Positions 1 through 9,074 of a stretch of DNA of 64,000 bases are shown here, in pieces. A program made the position numbers and the translations under genes. This stretch comes from Schizosaccharomyces osmophilus. Its lineage: Eukaryota. Position 1 is the first letter of the stretch, and every line of letters starts with the position of its first letter. The stretch spans positions 2,852,001 to 2,916,000 of the forward strand of contig NC_079239.1 in assembly GCF_027921745.1 (NCBI RefSeq), given 5' to 3'. The notes below the pieces were generated by a model. It did not search any database. It worked only from the letters and a program-made list of their open reading frames with translations, and had not been told where the DNA came from.

Positions 1-3000
1 CCTTGTTTACAGCCAGAGTTCCCAGACTTAATGGAAGAATTAAAAACTATAGTCAAACTTGTCGTTGCTGACGATAATAAACTTTGTCTTGCGATCGATC
101 ACTTTCAATGCGTTAATTCGGACGTATTTGAGGTTATGAACAATTTGCTTACTGGCTCTGATATAAGCTGCCTGTTTACAGATGAAGAATGGGGAAATCT
201 TAAAAAGAGCGTAATGCTCCGCCATCTATGTAAATCTGACAGTGAGGTCGTTGAAAAGGTACAGAGTTTGATTTGCCAAAACCTTCATGTGTTTTTTATC
301 GTGTATACATCAGGTTACAAAGGTTTAAATGTTTTATCACCTGCCCTAATAAACCGATGTACTACCATTTATTTTCAACCACCTGATAAACTGACCGTTC
401 AGGAGCTGTTTAGCAACGAGCTTTCCAAATTTCCAGACTTATGTGACGAGTTATATGGAGGATGTCTGGTGAAAGAACATTTACCGAACTTGGTGAGCGT
501 AATGTCTAGTTTGCACATGCATATGAAAGCTTACTATGAAAAAAGAAAATTTAGCTTGACTATGAGTCCAAATCTTTTATCCGATTTTATCCTGTTATAT
601 GTAAAACTCTTTAGAAATCTTCGAAGTCGTCTATTCAATGAGAAGGATCATGTCGATATTGGACTAAATAAGCTTAAAGAAACAGCACAACAGATTCTAG
701 TTCTCAAAACTATGCTATACGAGCAGGAATCTGTGCTTAATGAAAAAACAGATCATGCAAACTCTAGGCTACATAACCTAATGAATGCCAAACAAGAAGT
801 TGAAGTAAGACAAAAGGAGGTTTTGGAATTAGAACGCAATTTGAGAGGCCAAAATGAAGAAATTGAATCGAAAACTTCGTTGGTTTTGAAAGAACTCTCA
901 GTTGTTAAACCGGCTATTGATGAAGCTAAGGCTTCCGTCAGTAACATTAAGAAGAGTCATCTATCGGAGTTACGAAGTCTTTCTCACCCGCCCAATGTAG
1001 TCAAGCTAACAATGGAGGCAGTATGTAAGTTACTGGGACATAAAGTTACTTCTTGGAAGTCTGTACAATCTTTGTTGAAACGAGAGGATTTTATTACTAA
1101 TGTCTTGACTTTTGATTCGGAAAAGCAACTAAATCCGTCCCTCAGGAAGCGTCTAGAAAGTGAATATTTTCGCAACTCAACTTTCAAGTATGAGATTGTA
1201 AATAGGGCCAGCAAAGCTTGTGGTCCTTTGTTTCTTTGGATTAGATCTCACTGTAACTATTCGAAAGTCTTGCAAAAAGTAAGTCCGTTGAATGATAATG
1301 TCTCGCAGTTAAAGGCAGAAGGAGAGGAAATGCGGCGCAAAGTTTCAGACGTCAAGTTGATTTCTGAGGAACTGGACAAAGAATTGATGGGGATGCAAGA
1401 AAATTACGCTACTTTGATAACTGAAGTGCACACGTTGAAGCTCGAGCTTGCTAACATCCAAGATAAGTTAAAGAGAAGCTTAAAGATTATGGATGATATG
1501 TCCACAGAAAAGGCTTACTGGGAGATTTTTATGAATTCTTTCGAGGAAAAATTATCTGAACTGAGTGGCCATAGTGTTTTGGTTGCCTTTTTGCTAAATT
1601 ATGCTGGTTTATTGGATCCTATTGAGCGCGAAACTGTTGTCCAACATGTGTCTTCCGTTTTGGTCCAAGAGGGTCACATTCATAAAAAGCAGAATATAGC
1701 GCACTTCTTGCAGGAACTTTTAAATGATGTGTTGAACGAGACAAAACTTCCTTTCACAGACGATTACTTCATGACAAATATGGCAATAATAAATGAATGT
1801 GTGAGACCGGCATTAGTAATTGATCCCTCTTTTTATGCGTTTGAACCACTAAAAGCTCTCTTTGGAAATTCTACGATTTGCTTAAGCTTGATAAGCAAAA
1901 CTTTCAAGAGTCAATTGAAAGCGGCTTTGAAATTAGGAAAGACTATATTAATAAAGGATGTGGAAAATTGGTGTCCCTTGTTGGATATGCTTATATCTCC
2001 AGTACTTTACTCGGGATCAGGGAAAGTGTCAATCAAAGTTTCGAAGGATGTATTTGAAATATCTGTTCCTCTCAAGATAATCATTTATTCTAACACATTT
2101 AATGATTCTTTTATGTCGTACAAGATTAGCAGTTTTACGACTATCATCAATTTTACTCCGACCTCTTCGGGTTTGAGTAGAGAATTTTTAAACTCGTTGA
2201 TTACCATTGAAAATAGTGATCTAATTCAAAGCAAACGCTTTACTAGGGAACGGTTGGTACAAATTAAGTCAGAACTATTTTGTCAGCAAAAAAATCTTCT
2301 CACAATTCTATCAACTCAAAACATTGACATTTTAGCAAATGATGATGTTTTGCTTATTTTAAATTCTATACGAGCTTCAATTGTGGAAAAGGAAAATTTG
2401 GACCTAGAAAGGATGTCACTTGAAAAAAGTATTTCGGATATGAGTTCTCATTTTAGTAGGAACATCGATTTGTTTACTTTTCTGATACTCGTTTTTAAAG
2501 TGATGAGTAAAAGAAATTCTCGATATGACACATCAATGAAGTTTTTTGCTTCATTATTTAATCAGCTACTGTTTCAAGTTAATTCATCATATGAGAATAC
2601 AGTAAAGCCGAAAGAATTGTTTAATCTTACCATGAAGGTAATGGTGGAAGTTTGTTGTTTATCAGTTCTTCCAGAAGATCGATCATTATTTGCTCTCTTG
2701 ATCTCGGCTTGCCTTTTTTACGAAGAATCTGAATTAGTTTGGAAATCAATAGATGTAGACCCTAGCTCTATTATGGATCAGTTTGACTTCCGAAAATCGT
2801 TTGTTTGCCAGCCAGGAATGTCAAATACTGTGCGAATATTCTACGAAAAATTGGAAAAGTCAGACATTTCTGAAATGGATTATAATTCATTCGTTGTATG
2901 GTTCTCAGAATCTGTTCTGGGTATTAATGTAACGAATATACCGACTAAGTTGGATACTATTATATCCGAAGGTATCAGCTGCGATACACCTTTAATTCTT

Positions 3001-3918
3001 ATTCCGTTAAATGGAATAGATATAAAGCAGTATATGGAACAATGCTTAGCGGAACGAAAAGTCGATTGTATTACGATACCAATGGGCTCACTAGACTCTG
3101 AAGAATTTGCCGACGTTACGTTAAGGAAAGCAGAACATGAACCTTGTTGGGTTTTCTTAGAAAACATTCACCTTTCTCAGAGCTGGCTAGAAAGTCTGTC
3201 ATCTAAGCTTAAAGCAGACTTACATCCTGAATTTAGAATGGTATGCACTTCGGATATCTCATTTAAATTTCCTACTTGGTTATCATCAAATTTTCGCTAC
3301 CTATATTTTGACTTGAAATCAAGTTTTAAGGAAGTACTGATACGAAATTTGAAATTTGTTTTTACGACTGAGTTAGGCATACCACTAGAATATGGTATAA
3401 TATGTTTCCTTATAGCCTGGGTCCACACAGTTGTCTTTGAAACGTTGTGCATAGTTGAAGCTAATGGGGAAAATCGTACAGATTTGAACGACGTTGATTT
3501 GTTCACGGCAATGAATGCTCTGTCAGCGTGTGCTAGACTGACCTCAAACCAAAACAAGGGCGATGATTTTCAAAACTTCCCTTGGGAAATGTTCCAGGAG
3601 TTGGTAATAAATGTCGCTTATGCTCCTAAGGTGTCAAGTCATAACGAGCTCTCCGTCCTGAACAATATGCTCCAATATTTTATAAAACAACTAAGAGAAG
3701 GTAAATTACTGAATCTTTCTTTAAGTTCAAGTCAAATGTTGAACCCTCCTCTTGCATACACTCTTACTTCATGTGAAGATTTCGCCAAAGGTTTACCCGA
3801 CAACATACCTTCAGTATGGCTTGGCATGGAAAGCACGCTGAAACCGAATGCCCATCTTATAAATTCCAAAGGGGTTGTGAAAGATCTATCAAACTTACTT
3901 AAAGAATTGAATTCCTGA
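1..3918 (+). CDS. dhc1: Cytoplasmic dynein heavy chain, C-terminal part (stalk/MTBD, AAA5, AAA6); 5' end outside the window
   Basis: Frame open from base 1. Stalk/MTBD motifs (ELRSLSHPPNVVKLTMEAVC, VNRASKACGPLFLWI) and AAA6-like WVFLENIHLSQSWL. Confidence 0.93.
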   Translation, partial: PCLQPEFPDLMEELKTIVKLVVADDNKLCLAIDHFQCVNSDVFEVMNNLLTGSDISCLFTDEEWGNLKKSVMLRHLCKSDSEVVEKVQSLICQNLHVFFIVYTSGYKGLNVLSPALINRCTTIYFQPPDKLTVQELFSNELSKFPDLCDELYGGCLVKEHLPNLVSVMSSLHMHMKAYYEKRKFSLTMSPNLLSDFILLYVKLFRNLRSRLFNEKDHVDIGLNKLKETAQQILVLKTMLYEQESVLNEKTDHANSRLHNLMNAKQEVEVRQKEVLELERNLRGQNEEIESKTSLVLKELSVVKPAIDEAKASVSNIKKSHLSELRSLSHPPNVVKLTMEAVCKLLGHKVTSWKSVQSLLKREDFITNVLTFDSEKQLNPSLRKRLESEYFRNSTFKYEIVNRASKACGPLFLWIRSHCNYSKVLQKVSPLNDNVSQLKAEGEEMRRKVSDVKLISEELDKELMGMQENYATLITEVHTLKLELANIQDKLKRSLKIMDDMSTEKAYWEIFMNSFEEKLSELSGHSVLVAFLLNYAGLLDPIERETVVQHVSSVLVQEGHIHKKQNIAHFLQELLNDVLNETKLPFTDDYFMTNMAIINECVRPALVIDPSFYAFEPLKALFGNSTICLSLISKTFKSQLKAALKLGKTILIKDVENWCPLLDMLISPVLYSGSGKVSIKVSKDVFEISVPLKIIIYSNTFNDSFMSYKISSFTTIINFTPTSSGLSREFLNSLITIENSDLIQSKRFTRERLVQIKSELFCQQKNLLTILSTQNIDILANDDVLLILNSIRASIVEKENLDLERMSLEKSISDMSSHFSRNIDLFTFLILVFKVMSKRNSRYDTSMKFFASLFNQLLFQVNSSYENTVKPKELFNLTMKVMVEVCCLSVLPEDRSLFALLISACLFYEESELVWKSIDVDPSSIMDQFDFRKSFVCQPGMSNTVRIFYEKLEKSDISEMDYNSFVVWFSESVLGINVTNIPTKLDTIISEGISCDTPLILIPLNGIDIKQYMEQCLAERKVDCITIPMGSLDSEEFADVTLRKAEHEPCWVFLENIHLSQSWLESLSSKLKADLHPEFRMVCTSDISFKFPTWLSSNFRYLYFDLKSSFKEVLIRNLKFVFTTELGIPLEYGIICFLIAWVHTVVFETLCIVEANGENRTDLNDVDLFTAMNALSACARLTSNQNKGDDFQNFPWEMFQELVINVAYAPKVSSHNELSVLNNMLQYFIKQLREGKLLNLSLSSSQMLNPPLAYTLTSCEDFAKGLPDNIPSVWLGMESTLKPNAHLINSKGVVKDLSNLLKELNS

Positions 3919-4198
3919 AACATCAAATCCATCTAAAGGTTATTTGACGATAAAACGAACTAATTTACTTCTTCAATCCCCCAAGCTATTAATTAGACAT
4001 AAGAATATTGCATTAATATATATTTATCTAAAACCCTTTAAACCATTGTATGTCCAAAATTAAAAGTAAACCAAAAAAAAATTTAGTTCCTCTTCATAAT
4101 TATTTTTATTTTTATTTTCAAATGTTAAGCGCCTAGAATAACCAAAACATAATTTACAGAAATAATACACTTGATGAGTCTCTTTTATCCAATTAGTT

Positions 4199-6445
4199 TT
4201 AAGCAGATCCCATAAGTCGAAGAGCCAATGCTTCTTGGTCTTCAAGAGTAGTAGGTTGTTCAACTTCAATAACATTATTTGGCTCTTCCTCGTGATCGCT
4301 GTCCTCAAACCATTTCTTTGGTCGCTTTTCACTAACGGTTTCATCGGCATCTTCGTCAGCGACTTGGACCACAGCCTCATTTTCGTCACCCGAAGAGAAA
4401 TCACCTTCCTCAGCACGACGTTCGAGCTCTTGGCGTCTTCTTTTCTTTTCACGACGTTTCTCCCTTACAGTTTCTTTGTCTTGTGCATCCGCCTTTTCTA
4501 ATGCGTCCCTTTCAGCGGCTAAGTGTGCTTGGATCAAGTGTGAAGGATCACCAGATTTACGGAAAGTTTCCTCCGTGTTGACAGCATAAAAAGGAACGGC
4601 ATTTCCTTCCTCGTCAAAGAAAACCTTATCGGGACCTCTTTTATATTTCAGCGAAGCCTTTTTAGATGCAGCCATTTTTTCTTTTCGCTTTGAATTAATA
4701 ATCAGTTTGTTCTCTTCAGCTTCAGTACGCTCGTCGGGTAATTCATGATCGGCCCGTTTCACATGTAAAAAGTCTTCGTCTTCATCATCGCCTTCATCAC
4801 GTTCTACAAGCTTTTGTCTATGAGGAGCCAAAATATCTTGATTTTTCCTTTCAAACACGCGATCATACTTAGTACGAACGTTCTTGGATTGGTTGGCGTC
4901 TTCGGATTCACTTTCCGATGAAGCCTCAGATGGAGATGCAGAACTCACCTTGGTCTTTTGTTCTTGTGCTGGCTCAGTCCTACCTTTTCGAGAAGCGCCG
5001 AATTTAATTTTAGGAGTACCGGGAAGACCAAGAGAGTCTGCGTAATCCTCAAATGGGAGCTTATCAAATTGGAAAACTTCCTTGTCCTTCTGCAAATATA
5101 CAGATCGTAGATAAGAAATAAAATTCTTTTGTCCAAGATATTTGATATCATTTTCCTTGAAACAAAGATTTTGAAGCTGATTACGAATGCTGGTCTTTTT
5201 TCCTTCTTTGATGTTGATACGTTCTACAGAAATTTTTTTAGACTCCAATCGGTTAAGGAAAGCCTCTTCGGAAGGAAGCAGCAAGAGCAAAGCATTACCA
5301 CCCCTCTGAAAGCGGGCAGTACGACCGACTCGATGAATGTAAGTATCGACATCCTCAGGAGTATCCAACTGGACAACCCAATCAACAGCCGGAAAATCAA
5401 GTCCTCTTGCGACAATATCGGTGCAAAACAAAATGGCATTTTGAGAAGAGGTAAACTTTGCAGTAACCTCGGTACGAGAAGCCTGCTTCTGCTTGCCATG
5501 CAGGTGCATCAAAGGAACACCTGGACGTAAACGACGGAATGTTTCAAAGACAAACCGTACTTGTTTACAGGACGAAAGAAAGACGATAGACTTATTCTTC
5601 AAATGAGTGCGAATAAAACCAAATAAAATGTCAAGCTTCTCAGTTAAAGGACAGAACAAGTAAAATTGGTTCAAGTTTTCAGGAGTACTGCTGCTTTCGT
5701 TTTCGTGGACAGCAATGTATTCGGCATTTTGCAAAGACAAACGAGCTAGATCACGAACGGATTTTGTCTGGGTTGCCGAAAACAAAAGCGTTTGACGCTC
5801 TTTTGGTAAGCTGGCAATAATTGCATCCAAAGTAGCCTTGAATCCCATGTCCAAAATTCTGTCGGCTTCGTCCAAAATAACCATTTGCAAGTTGGAAGTA
5901 TCGAAATTGATTGCTTGATCAATATGCTGGAGAAGTCTTCCTGGAGTACAAACAAGAATGTTCATACGAGATAGACGTTCCCGCTCCTCTTTAAAATTAT
6001 TACCGCCAATAATCAAACCAGCAGAAAAGGAATGAAGACGGCCTACTTTGACCAAAGTTTCAAACGTCTGAATGGCCAGCTCTCGAGTAGGAGAGATAAT
6101 CAAAGCACCTAAACCATCATATTGGGTCCATTTACGACGGTACAGGTTTTCGATCAAAGGAACAAGAAATGCCAACGTTTTACCACTACCAGTTCTGGCC
6201 GCACCTAAGATATCTCTACCTTTTAAAGCTTCAGGAATTGCCTGTCGTTGGATATCCGTCAAAGTGGTGAAATGTGCATTTTTCAAAGCGCTTTTTGTGG
6301 GTTGTGTAATGGGTAAATCAAAAAACCGCGTTGCGTTCCCGGGATAATCATTTATTTGAGCATTTAGCTCTTGAATCTCCTCGTCTTCTTTCTGTCTTTT
6401 CAACTGACGAGCCTCTTTACTCCTTTCACTGTGATTTCTAGGCAT
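4199..6445 (-). CDS. dbp4: DEAD-box RNA helicase Dbp4/DDX10 (ribosome biogenesis)
   Basis: Motifs ARTGSGKT, PTRELA, DEAD, SAT, HRVGRTAR and a charged tail. First ATG at 6445 (the ORF track starts at a TTG). Confidence 0.93.
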   Translation of the reverse strand: MPRNHSERSKEARQLKRQKEDEEIQELNAQINDYPGNATRFFDLPITQPTKSALKNAHFTTLTDIQRQAIPEALKGRDILGAARTGSGKTLAFLVPLIENLYRRKWTQYDGLGALIISPTRELAIQTFETLVKVGRLHSFSAGLIIGGNNFKEERERLSRMNILVCTPGRLLQHIDQAINFDTSNLQMVILDEADRILDMGFKATLDAIIASLPKERQTLLFSATQTKSVRDLARLSLQNAEYIAVHENESSSTPENLNQFYLFCPLTEKLDILFGFIRTHLKNKSIVFLSSCKQVRFVFETFRRLRPGVPLMHLHGKQKQASRTEVTAKFTSSQNAILFCTDIVARGLDFPAVDWVVQLDTPEDVDTYIHRVGRTARFQRGGNALLLLLPSEEAFLNRLESKKISVERINIKEGKKTSIRNQLQNLCFKENDIKYLGQKNFISYLRSVYLQKDKEVFQFDKLPFEDYADSLGLPGTPKIKFGASRKGRTEPAQEQKTKVSSASPSEASSESESEDANQSKNVRTKYDRVFERKNQDILAPHRQKLVERDEGDDEDEDFLHVKRADHELPDERTEAEENKLIINSKRKEKMAASKKASLKYKRGPDKVFFDEEGNAVPFYAVNTEETFRKSGDPSHLIQAHLAAERDALEKADAQDKETVREKRREKKRRRQELERRAEEGDFSSGDENEAVVQVADEDADETVSEKRPKKWFEDSDHEEEPNNVIEVEQPTTLEDQEALALRLMGSA

Positions 6446-7301
6446 TGATCCCTTCAAGTTGATTATGGTAAAAAGACACCTTTTTTCTGGGGTTTGTAAA
6501 CACCTTTAGCGTTTCCTAACGCGAATAAGCGAAATATGTGGGCGAGTACCATGTGGGATATAACCACAGGACTAAACTACAATACGATCATCTACATTAC
6601 AGATATATATGGACCATGTGGGGGTATGCAATTAAATGAGGACTACTAAGGGATCCTGGAGAATGTAAACAAATAAACGCGTAAACAAACAAAAATGAAT
6701 TGGAAAAGTAATTGTAGAGCGAAGAAAAATGATATAAATTGTAAAACAGCTGGATTGAGTTACGAGCTTGCTTGGCTCTTTTACTTGATGAAGAAGTCTT
6801 TATCGACCAGCAGAAATATCCTTTCGATGAATCTAGAAAATCACTCCCAAACCATACATTTCTCTTTTTATCACTACTACAGGTATGAAATTTAGTGTTT
6901 AAATGATTTTGTCTTCTAATAAATAAGACAGATGGTTTGAGTTGATGCTTTGTCAATAGCAAAGAAAGAGAAAACTTTGGTGTTTTCTCGCGTTTTTAAA
7001 TGTTTCCTTTCTCTTTAGATGTTTGTTTGTATATTAAAAGGCAATAAATTATAAAGTAAGAGACTTCATGATAGAATCTTTTTTTGTTTTTGTTTACATA
7101 CAAATCATCCAAGGAATAGCGACTCCCACCGTTTTTCTCGTCAAATACAAATTTCTAGTCGTTTGCTACTTAAATTACCGGCTTCATTTATATATTGAAA
7201 ACATTTCTATCTTTCTTTTTGTTTCGGTATATAGGGAACTAATTTTCTCCTATTCTATGAGTCTGTGTTTCGTTGTTGGAAAGCATCAGCTAGAGTAGTG
7301 A

Positions 7302-9004
7302 ATGCTCTTGAGATTACAAACTTGCTATCGAATAACAAACCGGTGTTTCAATCAAGTCGCTTTTTTTTCTACAAAACAGTTTTTGGGGAGCAAAAGATTA
7401 ATGAGCATGGCTACCAAGACAAATCCAATAGCGCTAAACAAAAGTGAACAACAGCTCACAGACCTCTTCATAGAAGTTTCAAATACCATAGGACAAGAAT
7501 CAGAACAGAAACCAGAACTTCGGTTTGCAGGAGGATGGGTGCGTGATAAACTTCTTGGAATTGAAAGTCATGACATTGATGTAGCAGTGGATTGTATGCC
7601 GGGATATGATTTTGCTAAGCACCTGCAAAAATACATGCAGAGTAAGCATCCAGAATACAAAACTCGTATTGTCAAAATTGATGCCAATCCTGAAAAATCC
7701 AAGCACCTAGAAACTGCAACAGCCAAAATTTTCGGCAAGGACATTGACTTTGTCAATTTGCGACCTCATACCTTTTCCAATTCTCATTTACACTTGGATA
7801 GCTCAATATTCGGAACACCTTTAGAAGATGCTTTACGACGTGACGCTACAATAAATGCATTATTTTATAATCTACGTACAAAACAAGTTGAAGATTATAC
7901 AGAAAACGGTTTGTCAGATTTGGAAAACAAAGTCATACGTACACCGCTCCCAGCTGATGAAACATTTTCTGATGATCCTTTAAGAGCCGTTCGCTGTATC
8001 CGATTTGCCTCTAAGTTTGACTTTGAAATCCATCCAGACACGTTTCTCGCTTTAAAAAATTTTACCTTACATGATCGGCTTCGCTCCAGTATAAGTCGTG
8101 AACGTATTGGTGTGGAAATCGATAAAATTCTATCCCGTAAGTCTTCTAGTCAAGGCTACTTTTACTAACAGTACTCTTTCAGATTGTGACACAAGTCGTG
8201 CATTCCGTATCATTCATGATTCTGGCTTGTTTGCTCCTATATTTGGTCCTCTTTTAGGACACTATAATAATATCGTTTCAAAAAATTTGGACTCCCTTAG
8301 CCTTATACCAAAAGCCATCGACCTGTTTGACCTATTGCGCAATGAAGTACCTACCTTCAAATATATTTCAAGATCAGCAGAATACATTTTTTGGGTTGCT
8401 ATGGCCGTGCTTCCTTGGCATAACTGGACATATGTTGATAAATCCAAGGAACGATCACTGGCTCCTATTCTCGTGAGAGACAGTCTCAAATACAGCAAGC
8501 CCGTTATAACACAAGTAGAGGGCTTATATACATTTTACCCTGCTGTTATGGAAAAAGTAAATGTTTTGTCCTCGAAGGTCGCGCTACCTCGATTGGAATA
8601 TGGTAAACTTGTACGTGAATTGGGACAATACTGGAAAGATATTGTCAATTGGGCCTTCTTTATGAACTTGCTTAAGAAAGGATCTTTTACTGAAGAAGTG
8701 GACCAAGAGGTCAACAAGGTTCTTCCTTACTTTGTTTCTCTCATCAAGAATATAGAGGATCATGACTTGGTTGAAGCTTACAGCATTCAACCTGCTTTAA
8801 ATGTATGTAGTTACAGAGAGAAATACTGTATTACTAACTATTGTACAGGGAAAAGAATTAAGTTCGCTTTTAAATATGAAGCCCGGTCCCCACTTAAAAC
8901 AAATGCTGGAAGAGTCTGTGGAATGGAAGTTGGAATTTCCTGACGGAAAAAAAGAAGATTATATAAGTTTCGTAAAAGACAAGTATAGAAAAGACACCTT
9001 CTGA
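7302..9004 (+). CDS. cca1: tRNA nucleotidyltransferase (class II), likely CC-adding; introns 8137-8182 and 8803-8848
   Basis: GGWVRD, DIDVA, EDALRRDATINAL and DDPLR motifs. GTAAGT/GTATGT donors, ACTAAC branch points and CAG acceptors join three ORFs in frame. Confidence 0.92.
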
Positions 9005-9074
9005 TTAAAAGAAAACTATTAGCGAGTATGTCATATAATAAATAAAGGTTCATTGAGCATTCTAATAAAAATCT

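Noticed and set aside
3600..3918. Dynein appears truncated after AAA6 (possible pseudogene)
   Set aside because: Yeast dyneins normally have a short C-terminal region, and the frame is intact.
6695..6895. 66-aa ORF between dbp4 and cca1 as a protein-coding gene
   Set aside because: The ATG sits directly against the motif cluster, no homology is recognisable, and I could not build a convincing gene model.
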